A stretch of 63,915 nucleotides of DNA, filler included, from Octopus bimaculoides (lineage: Eukaryota): the NCBI RefSeq assembly GCF_001194135.2. It is 6 parts of 5 records of this genome, joined end to end, with 100 filler letters (N's around TTAATTAATTAA, not from the genome) between each part and the next. Parts side by side here need not be neighbours in the genome. Positions count along the whole stretch, not along the records: positions 1 to 13,542 come from NC_068981.1; 5 more parts are not named here. One strand, given 5' to 3'. The first letter of the stretch is position 1; the number at the start of each line of letters is the position of its first letter. Positions 1 through 12,465 of this stretch are shown here, piece by piece. The notes beneath the pieces are model-generated. The model saw only the letters and a program-made list of their open reading frames with translations. It made no database searches and was not told the origin of the DNA. The position numbers were made by a program, and so were the translations under genes.

Positions 1-923
1 GGGTAAATATATATGGTATGATGAAGTTATAAATTTACATGTATTATATTAAAAACGTGTACATTAGGATAGGATATATGTATATATATATATATATATA
101 TGTGTGTGTATGTGTGTGAGTGTGTATGTAAGTATGTGCGTGTGTGTATGTTTCTTGTTACTGTCTCCTTTGTATAATAGTTGTAAATGAGTGTCACTGC
201 CTCATGTATGGAGTCTTTCGTTTCCAATTTTCCATGAAAATGTGTCTGGTCATGGAGAAATATTACTTTACTTAAATCCAGGTGAGGCTTGGTGATAGGA
301 AAGGCATCCAGCCATAAAAAAAATCCACCTCAGTAAAAACTTGTCCAATCCATGCTAGAATGGTAAAGTAGACATTGAAACGATGATGATATATATAATT
401 TGTGTGTGTGTGTGTGCACAATCCTCTTAAGTAAAGATCATTAATGTGAGAACAGAGATAGAAAGAGATAAAAATTATTGAAATGAATTCATAATTCTTG
501 AGAAAACCAATGTTTAACAGACATCTTGCACTGTTCAATAGCAAAACCTTTCACTATTGTTTATATCACTGGAATCTATTCAGACTATCATTTGTGTAAA
601 ATTGAAAAAGGGTGAAAGAAGCTTCTACATGGTTCAGTGTATGCAGACAAAGTAAAGGGGAAATAAGTCACTTCTTTTAGTGTATGGATTTGTAAGCTTC
701 TTTTCCATTGGTTGAAATAACAAAATTTTTCTAAAGTGCACTGATTTCACTCATTGGAATCTGTGTTAATTAGTCCTAATTGGATTCTGACTCTGAACAC
801 TTTAGTTTAGTTTAGTTTGGCCTTCCTCTCGGATGCTTCAATGATTTTACGTGAGCTATGTCTTGCAAGTCCAATGACCATATAGAAGTTAGCTTTTCTT
901 ACAGGCACATCAGAAACTGTGTG

Positions 924-1150
924 CAGACAATTCGCCAACAGACAATTCACCGACAGACAATTCCCACACAGCCTCAAACTCAACACGGAGGCCTACATCA
1001 AGTACCTGGAGGAGGCTGTGCCGCCCTGGGCCAAGAGAGTGACTACTGGAACACCCTATGTCTGGCAACAGGACTCTGCACCATGCCATACAATTGTCCT
1101 GTCTGTAAGTTGTCTGTTGGCCAACTGTCTGTCGACAAATTGTCTGTCTA
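924..1150 (+). mobile_element. Tc1/mariner-superfamily transposase fragment between inverted 15-bp-period arrays
   Basis: 965-1092 translates to LKLNTEAYIKYLEEAVPPWAKRVTTGTPYVWQQDSAPCH (QQDSAPxH second-Asp motif). Left array cagacaattcgccaa/cagacaattcaccga; the right array is its diverged reverse complement. Confidence 0.7.
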
Positions 1151-1199
1151 CTATCAGAAACATAAGTGTTGTTGTTATTGCTCAGTTTTTGTTTTTTTT

Positions 1200-2290
1200 G
1201 TTTGACATCGTCTCAGCCCTGATCAAACAAACCTACAATCAAATAGGTACTAGTCCATTTTATATCTTATTTTTTTTTATTTGTTAAAGGTATCTCCAAG
1301 ATAGTAAATTGGCTGAACCAGTTAGGTGCCTGATCCTGGAACTCTGAGATTTGGCTGTTATTTCAAACAGATTAAGTAATCATAAATAATCAGCTTTGTT
1401 GACTCAAGCTAGTACTGCTTCTGTTGTTGTTATTGTCTAGCCCCAGGTCAGCACTGATATAGCCAACCCATGATCAAAGGCCTTCCAGTCTGGACCATCC
1501 TACATCTTATTCAGACATAGTGTATTGAGTATGTGTTGTTTTGGGGCCACAGATTCAACACTGACTTATTTGGCATTAGTTGTTTTAATCTTCTCCTCCA
1601 TCCCTCTCTCTCTCTCTTGTTGTGAATGTGTGTGTGTGTGGTTGCCTCCAGTGCCAAAAAGTACTGTCACCTCAATAAGCTGAAAGTCCACTCAGCCATT
1701 CCAAATTATCAACATCCAGCCTGCTGCACCCAACTTTTTCATTCTGTAGAGTACCAAAGACTAAATTCTGGGGTTATGTAGACATGTGTCTAAATTAAGA
1801 TGAGACAGTCATGGATGTAATATCTCTGTTCATATATCTTCTCGTTTAAACCTAACATTATCCACTATCCTTCGGTTATGCTTTTTGAGTTTGTTTTTTT
1901 TAAACTTTTGAGTGGCTTCAGTGAAAATCAGCAGCTGTTTCTAGCAGGTGTTGCAATCACAAAGAGATTCATATGTTGTCTCATACTAGTATTATTGTTG
2001 TTGTAGTTGTTGTGATTGTTAAACCATGAGTCAGAATTGATCCTCCAGATCTATGATCAAAGATGTTACAATCTTGACCAAATTGCGTTAAGCAATAATG
2101 TATTCCTAGGTATACGATGTTTGAATAACAATAAAAATGGGTGGGTCACTGCTGGGATATATTTGGTCATTGGTCAGCTCAGTCAACGCTGATTATTATC
2201 CAATATGTCCTTCAGTTTTAAGAATAAAAAGATTGATTTTGAGATTTGGCTGTTGTGTCTAGTAAATTGAATACTCACTTAGACACACCT
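1200..2290. repeat. Cluster of an unclassified interspersed repeat (several partial copies, both orientations)
   Basis: Recurring gagatttggctgtt...ctag and cccaggtcagc..tgat...atgatcaaag motifs. Related reverse-orientation sequence at ~33420-33663. Confidence 0.5.
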
Positions 2291-3589
2291 TTCTGTTGTG
2301 CACTCAAGAGAAACGTAGCTGTTTGCTGTGCTAAATATCTTTGAATTGATTTTAACATAACCAGTTTTCACAGATCCAAACCTTTTATGCTTTGCTATTG
2401 AGAAGAGCCACAAACAAAAAAATTTTCAAAAAGAAATATTAAAAGACATTCAAAGATAATAAAGACAAATATTTGCTGTGGTTTAAAGAAAAAGATAAAT
2501 AAAGATTGAGGCTAAATGTTCTGGGAAAGGATCCATAGAAAGCATGATGCATGGGTGAGTTATGTGTGCCAGCAAAATAAACAAATGCACTACTGAGGGG
2601 TAAATGTGTTTCTGTCACATGCGACTGAGCGTAGAGAATGAAGGTGTAAATAGGTTGTGAAATTTACTGGACAATAATGCATATCAAAGAAAAGAAATTC
2701 TTCTTAGCCTTGTTGTTATTGTTACAGGCATGGCTGTATGGTTAAGAAATTTACCTTGAAATTGTACAGTTTGGGGTTCAATCACACTGTGGGGCACATT
2801 GGACAAGTGTCTGCTGCTATAACCCTATATGTAATTGTTTATATATATATGTGTGTGTGTGTGTGTTCAAAATAGGTAGTAAAAGAAGTTCATAATTATT
2901 TTTTTAAGTTCATCGAAAATCATGATTAAGTCAATAAACATCTTTAAAAGACCTCTGCATATTCAAACCCTCTTTTTCTTATACATACATACATATATGT
3001 ATATATATATATATATATTGCTGCATCTTCGGAAGATATAACAAAATCTGTTTCAACACACAGGTTCAGATCAAAAGTCTTGCAAATCAAATACAAAAAC
3101 TAAACACACACACACACACACACATGCACACAGAAGGAGAGAGAAACAGGTGAGAGAGAGAGAGAGATACTTGACTGTCTTGTATGAGAAGTCAAGCAAG
3201 CTACAGAAAATTTTTGTTTCGGTTTCATAATTTTCTTTAGTTAATTATTATTCTTTTGTTATTGTCACTATTGTTGTTGTCACATAGTTTGGAATATGTT
3301 TCATCACTAATTGTAATTAAATCAAATATTTTAATTAACAAGAGATAATAATCACCCAGTCCCTCTAATATAGGTTTACTATGGCAATATGTCAAGGTTT
3401 TGTAATTTTATGCTCTAACAATCCTTTGTCCTTCACTGCCTTGACAGTTCACCGTCACTTGTTCTACTGGAACACCTACCTACGATGGTCTAGCAACCTT
3501 TCCAGGGGGAAAACTTGTTCTCAAATCCTGTTCAATGGCTCAAGTCAGGAATCAATGTTGAGTAAGCAATGACTATATATGTTAGGAGG

Positions 3590-3859
3590 TGGGCTAGTGG
3601 TGGGGGTCACAGTGGTGGTGGAGGTACTGGAGCTGGTGACTGTGGTCTTTGAAATGACGGTGGTGTTGACACTGGTGCTGGTGGCAATGATATTTGTGAT
3701 GGTGGTGGTGGTGGCGGTAGTGGGTTCATTGTGCTTGTGACAGTGGTGTTAGGGACAGGGAGAAAGTGTAGTGGTTGTGGTTGTGGTGGTGTTGGTGGCA
3801 GTGGTGTTTGTGATGGTGGTTGCAGTAGTTGTAGTAGTGGTGGTGGTGGCAGTGGCGGT

Positions 3860-3891
<32 letters not shown>

Positions 3892-3910
3892 TGGCGGCGG
3901 CGGTGGTGAA
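3590..3910. repeat. GGT/GGC low-complexity trinucleotide tract
   Basis: Degenerate (GGT)n grading into (GGC)n at ~3857-3905. Confidence 0.9.
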
Positions 3911-4562
3911 AGTCAAGTCAGGAGTTCAAATTCTAGGAGAGATATTTTCCACAATAACTTTTCTCCAAATCAGCTGCAAACCTGGGTGTTGCCACCCATA
4001 ACATGGAGGAAAGAAAGTCAATAATTTCAGGGGCCTGGCTGGCTGCTATCAGTTTGTGTTAGTCACCATCGAAATGTCGGGTGTTTTAGGACCCCTGTAC
4101 TACCAATTTCTTGCACAAAATAGGGATAGCAGTAGCTCATGAGAGAAATGAGGTGGAGTGGTTATTGCAGTATGTGTCACTGGACATTCTCTGCAGCAAT
4201 GCCATCATGGTCATTACCACAGGACACAGCTGAGCACCCTACTTGTTCTGGGGTATGTGGCCCATAGCTCCCTCCCTCTTCGATCTTCTGCTACTTTACC
4301 CCACCTTTCTTTTTGTTTTTGTTTTTTTCCTCTTTTTTATCTCTCTTTTTTTTTCTGTTTCTTTGTATTTAAGTGTTAGAAATAAAAGTTAGATTGGATT
4401 AAGGAGAATATCACAATAAAAAGGATTTTAAAAACCCACTGTACAGAATTGGTGCCTGCTTAATTAAAATGACCCACTGGGATTTTTATTGTTTATTGTT
4501 TTGAAAAACAAAATGTCAGTCTGAGAGGTGGGGGCTAAACTACAGAAGATTAAGAATCACAG

Positions 4563-4915
4563 CAGTGTATGACCATACTCCAGTCTGGCGTATGGCTGTA
4601 CTCAGTCTGGTGTATAACTGCACACTAATCTAATGTATGACTCTACTCAGTCAAGTATATGATTACTCCAGTCTAGCATATGGCTGTACCCCATTCGAGT
4701 GGGTGGCTTTACTCAGTCAAGTGTGTAACTACACTCCAGTCTAAAATATGGTGTATGGCTATGCTCAGTCTAATGCATGGTTGTACTCAGTCTGTTGTAT
4801 GACTATACTCCAGTTTAATGTATAGCTCTATAAGTCTTGATGGCTTTACTCAGTCAAACGTATAACTTAATCATATGACTGTACTCCAGTCAAATGTATG
4901 GTTGTATTCCATCTA
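4563..4915. repeat. Degenerate minisatellite, ~22-23 bp unit
   Basis: About 15 imperfect copies of TGTATGRCTRTACTC(C)AGTCTAR. Confidence 0.8.
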
Positions 4916-5001
4916 ACTCTCACTCCTCCTGTTTCTATCATCTACGCATACTCAGTTTAAATTCCAACATAAGATGTTTCTGTCTTTCTGCTTTTTTCTA
5001 G

Positions 5002-5112
5002 CCAAGTTACAGAGCAGCGATCCATTCAGAAGGAATGATCGAAGATCTTGTGAAGAATCTGAAGAGTCAGAATGAGGAACTGAAGACCTACTGTGCCTTA
5101 GCAATATTTAAG
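5002..5112 (+). CDS. ARMC4: ARMC4/ODAD2 internal exon (111 nt, phase 0-0)
   Basis: Acceptor ttttttctag and donor AAG/gtaagt. Translates to PSYRAAIHSEGMIEDLVKNLKSQNEELKTYCALAIFK, matching the vertebrate ARMC4 segment I recall (NYRAAI...IENLVKNL...CAMAIYQ). Splices in frame to the next exon. Confidence 0.93.
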
Positions 5113-5298
5113 GTAAGTTTCTTTCAATTACCAGGTATATAGATTAAGGTGTGTAGACAAGGCTGTGTGGTTAAGAAGTTTGCTTCCCACCCAATGGTTT
5201 CAGGTTCACCCTGTATATATATGCCAAAGGAATTGTTTTTAATAATCAAAAATGAGTTACTTTGCAAATCACTTCTACATCTGATTTTTCTCTTGTAG

Positions 5299-5514
5299 TG
5301 TGCAGAGGATAAAGATAGCCGTGAATTAGTTCGAGAATACGGGGGCCTTCCCCCTTTGGTGGCCATATTGTCATCAGGTAACAACAAGGAGTTGCTGGCT
5401 GCAGCCACTGGTGCAATTTGGAAATGTTCCATTAGTCGGGAAAACTTGGTTCAGTTCCGTGACCTGAAGGCCATAGAACAGCTTGTGGCCTTGTTGAGCA
5501 ACCAACCAGAGAAG
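5299..5514 (+). CDS. ARMC4: ARMC4/ODAD2 internal exon (216 nt, phase 0-0)
   Basis: Acceptor tctcttgtag and donor AAG/gtaact. Translates to [72 protein letters not shown], armadillo repeats with the ARMC4-type GAIWKCSIS motif. Confidence 0.96.
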
Positions 5515-6519
5515 GTAACTTTGGTATTGCATATTGCTATTCACATCCTCATCATTGTTATTTCTATGTATTCAACATCAGCATCATCATCATTGCCACC
5601 ATCAACATCATCATCATCATCATCACTACCACCATCATCACCACCATCACCATTATCATTTTGATACAACCGACATTATCATTATCATTTTTATATAATC
5701 ATCATCATCATCATTATCATCTTACTGGAAAACATTGCAGTTGATTTTCAATTCTATTTAAACCATTTTTTTTTTTTTCAACTAATTCAAATTTTAGAAA
5801 CATTCTGTTTGTATTTCTTTATCTACAGTTGAAATTAATTGCTTAGAGTAATTATAAATTATGCTTAAAGCATAAAAATTCAAAGAAATTTTTAAAAATA
5901 AAATAAAAAGTAAAAAGTTATGGTAGAAGTTGGAGGCATTCTGAAATGGTTTTTGTTGTTTTGTTTTGTTTTGTTTTTTCTACCATTCATTAGTTTCTGC
6001 GATTAACTCTTGTTTCTATGAAAAAAAACTTATTGTTTCGAAAATTATCTAAATTACACTTTCCATCAAAATTTCATGTAGCTTTATGTTCTAAACACCA
6101 GCTTAATAATGACAAACTTATTTTACAAAATTCTCTATTTTCAAAATTAAGTGCAGCAAAAGTAATTTATTTCAACAGAAATATGGCGACAAAAGGGTTG
6201 ATAATGACAAATTTATTTCACTAAAATCATCATTATTTTCCAAATTAATTGAAACTGAAGTAGTGTATTTTAACAAAAATAGGGTAATGAAAGAGTTAAA
6301 CTTATTGATAACAACCCATCGGAGACCTACACTGATTCTCTGATGCAAATTTCCTGTTTCAAAATAATCTAAATTAAAGCCTTCCTTCAAATTCCATGTT
6401 AATTTATGTTCTAGCACCAGCTTATTTCACTAAGTCTTTCATTATTTTCAAATTTGATTGAAACAAAGACAGACTGTATTTCAATAGAAATATGGTAACA
6501 AAAGGGTTGAGTATATTTT

Positions 6520-6885
6520 ATAAAACAATTCTAGCGAGGTCGTTGCCAGTGCCACTGGACTGGCTCCTGTGCAGGTGACACATTAGAAAATCATTCGAGC
6601 GAGGTCGTTGCAGCTGGACTGGCTCCCGTGCAGGTGGCATGTAAAAAACACCATTTTGAGCGTGGCCGTTGCCAGTACCGCTTGACTGGCCCTTGTGCTG
6701 GTGACATGTAAAAAGCACGCACTACACTCTCGGAGTGGTTGGCGTTAGGAAGAGCATTCAGCTGTAGAAACTCTGCCAGAACAGATTGGAGCCTGGTGCA
6801 GCCATCTGGTTCGCCAGTCCTCAGTCAAATCGTCCAACCCATGCCAGTAAGGAAAGCGGATGTTAAACGATGATGATGATGATGG
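6520..6885 (+). mobile_element. Non-autonomous retroelement with RTE-type 3' end and (GAT)n tail
   Basis: Three ~60-bp internal tandem units, then ggagtggttggcgttaggaagagcattcagctgtagaaac...gtccaacccatgccag...gttaaacgatgatgat. Related tails at ~253-390, ~10790-10870 and ~11020-11150. Confidence 0.7.
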
Positions 6886-7029
6886 TTTGGTAGAATAAAA
6901 AAGAAGTTTTTTGAAATGCAGCCTTGTTGAATGGTTGTTAGCTTCAATACCACCCTCCAACATTCCTCATCTCCCATGGCTGGTCGTTATTGTTTGTTGG
7001 AAAGTTAATAAAGTAATATATTTAACAAG

Positions 7030-7240
7030 CGTGAGCTGGCAGTATCATTAGAGCACTGGAAAAAATATTTTGTAGTATTTGCTCAAGCTCTTTACATTCT
7101 GAGTTCAAATTTCTCTGAAGGCAACTTCACCTTTTATTTCTCTAAGATCTGTACAATAAAGTACCAGTCAAATACTGAGGTTGATGTGATCAACGAACCT
7201 TAGTCCTTTAAAATTGGTGGCCTTGTACTTTAAGAAGTAA
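7030..7240 (+). mobile_element. tRNA-derived SINE, family A (decayed copy)
   Basis: gagctggcag...ctgagttcaaatt...aagtaccagt...gatgtgatc. Other copies at 14130-14560, 16408-17310, 28640-28800, 33040-33245(-), 37930-38030(partial), 53510-53700 and 61455-61635(-). Confidence 0.75.
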
Positions 7241-7324
7241 TTATTATGAGGGTGGCAAGCTGTAACTTTGGATAAAAAAAAAAACAAAAAAAAAAGGATA
7301 AAGCTCCTCGTGTCATAGCGACAC

Positions 7325-7545
7325 ATAGGGCCAGTTTCCTAGATTCTCAGGCATATATGCTCCCCACTGGATGGGAGGCCAGTCCATCGCAAAAATATTC
7401 ATTTTTGCCAGCTGAGTGGACTGGAGCAACATAAAATGAAGTGTTTTGCTCAAGAACACAATACATCGACCAATTCAGGAATTGAAACCACATTCTTATG
7501 GCCAGGAATCCAACACCCTAACCACTAAGCCAGGTGTTTCCACTT
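7325..7545 (-). mobile_element. tRNA-derived SINE, family B
   Basis: Shares the catttttgccagctgagtggactggagcaa..tgaaatgaagtgttttgctcaagaacacaa core with 12228-12465; tRNA-like head at the right end on the minus strand. Confidence 0.75.
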
Positions 7546-7744
7546 TAACCTTGGCCAAGTGCGATTTTCTTTATCTTCTAGTGGGCTCATGCCACATGAG
7601 TCAGAAACTGTCGAGAAGCCCATAGGAAAGACAGAAACTGTCAAGAAGCCCATAGGAAAGATTGCACCAATAATTTCATTGGAACAGCCTTGTTACACTC
7701 TGTGTCACACTGATTCTGCCTGAGAAATATGTGAAGAGTACAGC

Positions 7745-8095
7745 CATCTAACCATCTGACCATCCATCTGACCATCCATCCATCCATTCATCCATCCATC
7801 TACCCATCTAACCAACTGACCATCCATCCATCCATTCATAAAACCATCCATCCATCTACCCATCTAACCATCTGACTCTCCATCCAACCATCCATCCATC
7901 CACCCAGTCATCCAACCATCTGACCAGCCATCCATCCATTCATCCATCCATCTACCCATCTAACCAACTGACCATCCATCCATCCACCCAGTCATCCAAC
8001 CATCTGACCAGCCATCCATCCATTCATCCAGTCATCCCACCACCCATCCATCCATCCATCCATCCATCCATCTATCCATCCATCTGACCATCCAC
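7745..8095. repeat. Compound (CCAT)n tetranucleotide satellite
   Basis: CCAT runs interspersed with recurring ctaaccatctgac/ccagtcatcc variants. Confidence 0.9.
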
Positions 8096-8168
8096 CAAGA
8101 TTTTTTTCCAAAATTTACAATTCCCAACCTTTGTCTACATAAACCTTTACAATTATTCCTTTCTGAAG

Positions 8169-8350
8169 GTGTTGGTAAATGTTGTCGGAGCCCTAGGGGA
8201 GCTTGCTAGGGACCCACCAAACCGTCAAACCATTAGGAAGGCAGGTGGTATAACCCAACTGGTCAACCTGCTCACTGGAACTAACCAAGCGTTGCTAATT
8301 AATGTTACAAGAGCAGTCGGACAGTGTGCTGAGGAGATAGAAAGTATGAG
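8169..8350 (+). CDS. ARMC4: ARMC4/ODAD2 internal exon (182 nt, phase 0-2)
   Basis: Acceptor cctttctgaag and donor AG/gtatct. Translates to [60 protein letters not shown] plus AG, continuing the frame from 5514. Confidence 0.96.
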
Positions 8351-8375
8351 GTATCTGTCTTTTATATTTTATGTT

Positions 8376-8760
8376 TTATCTTTTACTTGTTTCAGTCATT
8401 AGATTATGGTCATGCTGGGGCATTCCTTTAAAGAATTTTTTTAGTCGAATGAATTGATCCCAGTGCTTTTGTTTTTTAAAGCCTGGTACTTATTTTATTA
8501 GTTACTTTTGCTGAACCACTAAGCTATGAGGATGTAAACACACCAACACTGGATGTCAAGCAGTAATGAGGAACAAACACAGACACAAACATATAAACAA
8601 TGAGCTTCTTTCAGTTTCCGTCTGCCAAATCCACTCACAAGGCTTTGGTTGGCTTGAGGCTATAGTGGAAGACACTTGCCCAAGGTACTATGCAGTGAGA
8701 CTGAACCTGGAACCATGTGGTTGGGAAGCAAGCTTCTTACCACACAGCCACCCTTGCACC
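8376..8760 (-). mobile_element. Full-length tRNA-derived SINE with CORE-like motif, family D
   Basis: On the minus strand: tRNA-like head, a ccttgggcaagtgtctt motif resembling CORE/MIR, an internal CA/TA microsatellite, and a tail ...cagcatgacc...tgactgaaacaagtaaaagata. Other full copies at ~18115-18535(-), ~37245-37695(-), ~46190-46515(-) and 41040-42020(+, interrupted). Heads at 2722-2830, 5157-5215 and 13665-13810. 3' halves at 29635-29800, 35440-35625, 39835-40020, 52935-53110, 53335-53440 and 59965-60165. Confidence 0.8.
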
Positions 8761-8908
8761 TAGGTGTATATTCTTAACTATTTTGTTCCTCCTAACATAT
8801 TTGGTTCCTTTGTTGTTCATTCCAGATTCTCTTAGTTCCCTTAAATTTTTCTTTTCTCTATGGAATACTGGTAGCTGCCTCTGTTTTTTCTTGCTTGTTT
8901 ATGTTTGG

Positions 8909-8938
<30 letters not shown>

Positions 8939-8940
<2 letters not shown>

Positions 8941-9815
8941 CTAGCGGTTTCACTCGGGCAGTGTGGTGGATTTGGTTAAAGGCTATTTCCTATGTATATT
9001 TTGAATAATAAAAAGAACTAAAAATTAAAAAAAACAAAAATTCCAAAAACAAAAAAAAATTAAGAACAACCCAAAAACAATACGATGCTAAGGATTTTTT
9101 GGGTCGATATTGTAAAACTAACTTCACGGAACCTTATTTGTGGTATAACCTCGCCTTAAAAGAAAAATATATGGTAGTGCGGTTGTTGTATTGGCGACAC
9201 AAGAATGTTAATCGAAACTGTTCAAGATCAATCATAGGTTGGACGTTCATGTACACTGATTAGAATTGTGAATTTCAATTATTGAAAACGCGTTCCCGGA
9301 TGGATACAATTGTGCAGAGTCCGTTTGTCTCAATATGGAAAAGCTGTTTGAATGTCGACGTTTGAAGACATTTGTAACTGAAGTTAAAAAAAACATAGCA
9401 ATTAGAAAGAGCGTAAGCTATAGCTTTTTTTTTTAATGCACAAAAAAATTGAAATTATTTTTTTTCTGTGCCTCTGATTAAAATTTTCGAAAAACAAACC
9501 CAGCCACATTACTTGGGAAAAAATAATCTTTATTGTGCTGGTTTTTCGTAAAATTTTGCGCATGGGAAAGGCAACAAAATCGCCCCTCCCCACTTTGAAT
9601 GGGATATTGCTATCTTAAAAAGTAATAATCGATTATCTCGGTAACCATGGGAGTTGGAGGGCAATAAAAATCTCCTGAACATGAGCAGACCATGCTGCCA
9701 CTCTGTGCTGAATTTCACGCGATTCCACTGCACCGTTCTCGAGTGAATCTTCCGACACTCAATCAAGCAATCAATCAATCAAGCAATCAAGAACACTGCA
9801 ATTTATAGTATAGAT
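8939..9815 (+). mobile_element. Putative non-autonomous Helitron/Helentron-like element (DINE-1/Lep1-style architecture)
   Basis: Starts TACTAGC next to (TA)n. The 3' part has aatttcacgcgattcc...ccgttctcgagt, then a (CAAT/CAAG)n microsatellite and a tttatagtatagat end, the layout of such elements. CpG-rich relative to flanks. Confidence 0.55.
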
Positions 9816-10278
9816 ATATGAGTGAGTGCAGAAAAGTTCCTGGTTTTAAGGATGTCATAAAATGCCTGGCTGAAGGTCCAGCCTTTTGAGTGCTTTTACA
9901 AAGCTCAGAAAAACTGAGAGACTACTGCAATAAATGTGCAAATCTGAGAGGGGAATATGTAATACATTGAATAAAATCATAATTACCTGATCCTCCTGTA
10001 TTTTCTTTTACCCAAAGTCAGAAACTTTTCAACACCCTTATATATATATATATATTTTCTGTAAATGTAATGCTTCTTTATTCAAAATGGTTTGAGTTAA
10101 TCATGAATTATCTCACAACTTCTAGATTTCAATATGAGAATAGTTTTAGAAGGACATTGTATGATAAGTGCGAGAGGCTGAATCTGGTCAGTTTGAATGT
10201 AAAACGTGGAATATTTAGGCCTAATATGGCCAGTTTAAATGCTAAAGTGTTAAGATGTCTTACTGTTTCAACTTTCAG

Positions 10279-10393
10279 AATCATTGAACAGCTGGATGGT
10301 GTCAGGTTGCTATGGTCACTGCTAAAAAATCAAAACCCTGAAGTCATCTCAAGCGCTGCTTGGGCCATTTGTCCTTGTATAGAAAATGCTAAG
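10279..10393 (+). CDS. ARMC4: ARMC4/ODAD2 internal exon (115 nt, phase 2-0)
   Basis: Acceptor actttcag and donor AAG/gtaaga. Split codon AG+A gives Arg, then [38 protein letters not shown]; [13 protein letters not shown] matches ARMC4 as I recall it. Confidence 0.96.
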
Positions 10394-10519
10394 GTAAGAA
10401 TCCTTTAATCTCGCTTAATCCAATCCTTGCTCATCTTTTATATCAGTTAAATTACTGTTTTGTTTGTCTGGTGTTTTTTATAATTTTTTTTTATATTGTG
10501 ATGCATATGGGTGAGAACA

Positions 10520-10700
10520 GCTGTGTAAAGAAGTACTGGTTTCTAATTGTGGAGGGAACCTGTGGAAGAGGTAGACCCAGGAAGACTTGGGATGAGGTGG
10601 TGAAATATGCTCTTCAGTTGTTGAGTCTCACAGAGAAGATGACAAGGGGTCAAGAATTTTGGCAATTTGTTGTGCTTGAGAAGACATGTCAAGCTAAGTG
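10520..10700 (+). mobile_element. RTE-clade LINE, ORF C-terminus fragment
   Basis: Translates to LIVEGTCGRGRPRKTWDEVVKYALQLLSLTEKMTRGQEFWQFVVLEKT, the GxRGRPxKTW C-terminal motif of RTE elements. Confidence 0.75.
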
Positions 10701-12227
10701 AAATGATGGTCATGGCCAGTGTTGCTGACACATAAAAGGCACCCATGCCAGTGGTAGGTAAACGGCACCTGTGCCAGTGACACATAAAATATGCACTTTG
10801 TAGAGTTGTTGGCATTAGAAAGAGCATCCAGCAGTAGAAACTAAGTCTAAACAGACTGGAGCCTGGTGCAACTTTTCTCTGTCATATATGCACATACAGC
10901 AGAGCATACTAGCTTCATTCCTTGCAAGCTTATGCATGTCCTCAGCAGTCATAAGCTTACGCATGTCCTTGGCACAAAAAATTCCCCAGTACATACCATG
11001 GAGTGATTGGTATTATGAAGAGCATCCAGCTGTAGAAACCATGCCAAAGCAGAGATTGGAGAACAATGTAGTCCTTGGACCAGTTGGATCCTGTTAAACC
11101 ATCCAACTCGAGCCAGCATTGAACATAGATATTAAATGATGATCATGATACACACTCACACATTTAAATGTTTGCGTATGTGACCAGTTGCCCCTGCGAG
11201 TTACTAAACAGATCCTATCAAACCATCCAGCCTATGACAGCATGTTCCATTGGGCAGGGAAGTTGGAAGTTGGAAGTGGGTAGCTTTATTCCAGGTGGGT
11301 GTCAGAAGACTAAAGTATGGTAGAGGGACAAGCGTAGGTGTCTTGCAACAGAGGAGAGATATGGTTGAAGATAAAAGAAAAGTCATGATGGGGGTACTAG
11401 AGCAAATTTTCAAGGTACAAGAAGGTAAGCAGAAGAGAGGACACAGAGAGTGAGTCATGAGAGGGGATAAGAGAGTGGATGCTTTCGTAAAAGTGTGAAG
11501 GGTGGAACATGGTGGTGATGGTGAGAAGGAGGTTTTTAAGGGAATTTGTTTTTGCGCCCTTTTAAAGCCTAGCCAGGCTCATGGACCCAGTTTCCTGGTT
11601 TCTATGGCGTATGTGTTCCCCCCCCCCCAGCTGGACAGGATGCCAGTCCATTGCAGCTTTATTCAAGGAACAGGAAGAAAAAATAAGAGAAAGTTGGGGC
11701 AAAAGAGTACAACAGGGGTCACTGCCACCCCTTGCCAGAGCCTTGTGGAGCTTTAGGTGTTTTCATTCAACGAACACACACAACACCCAGTCTGGGAATC
11801 GAAACCACAATCTTATGATCATGGTGCTGACACCCTAACCACAAAGCCGCTTGCCTCCACTTTTAAGGGAATACTGCAGCAATAANNNNNNNNNNNNNNN
11901 NNNNNNNNNNNNNNNNNNNNNNNNNNNNNNNNNNNNNNNNNNNNNNNNNNNNNNNNNNNNNNNNNNNNNNNNNNNNNNNNNNNNNNCCCAGCTGGACAGG
12001 ATGCCAGTCCATTGCAGCTTTATTCAAGGAACAGGAAGAAAAAATAAGAGAAAGTTGGGGCAAAAGAGTACAACAGGGGTCACTGCCACCCCTTGCCAGA
12101 GCCTTGTGGAGCTTTAGGTGTTTTCATTCAACGAACACACACAACACCCAGTCTGGGAATCGAAACCACAATCCTCCGACTGCGAGTTTGCTGCCCTGAC
12201 CACTGGGCCATTGCGCCTCCACAATAA

Positions 12228-12465
12228 ATGCGCCCTTTTAAAGCCTAGCCAGGCTCATGGGCCCAGTTTCCCAGTTTCAATGGTATATGTGTTCCCCAGC
12301 TGGATGGGACGCCAGCCCATCACAGCGTTACTCATTTTTGCCAGCTGAGTGGACTGGAGCAATGTGAAATGAAGTGTTTTGCTCAAGAACACAACGCATC
12401 ACCCGGTCCAAGAATCGAAACCACAATCTTATGATCATGGTGCTGACACCCTAACCACAAAGCCG
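12228..12465 (-). mobile_element. tRNA-derived SINE family B, near full length
   Basis: Minus-strand head tggttagggtgtcagcac...gtttcgattc (A/B-box-like). Adjacent to a family C head (~12000-12224) and a partial B copy (11552-11655). Confidence 0.8.

Noticed and set aside
3731-4024. Gly-rich ORF
   Set aside because: Product of the GGT/GGC tract; lies in ARMC4 intronic sequence with no supporting structure.
4563-4915. CRISPR array
   Set aside because: Contiguous degenerate units with no unique spacers, in a eukaryotic intron without cas genes.
7602-7660. 30-bp tandem duplication (also an 18-bp unit at ~32820-32857)
   Set aside because: Ordinary local slippage duplications with no further structure.
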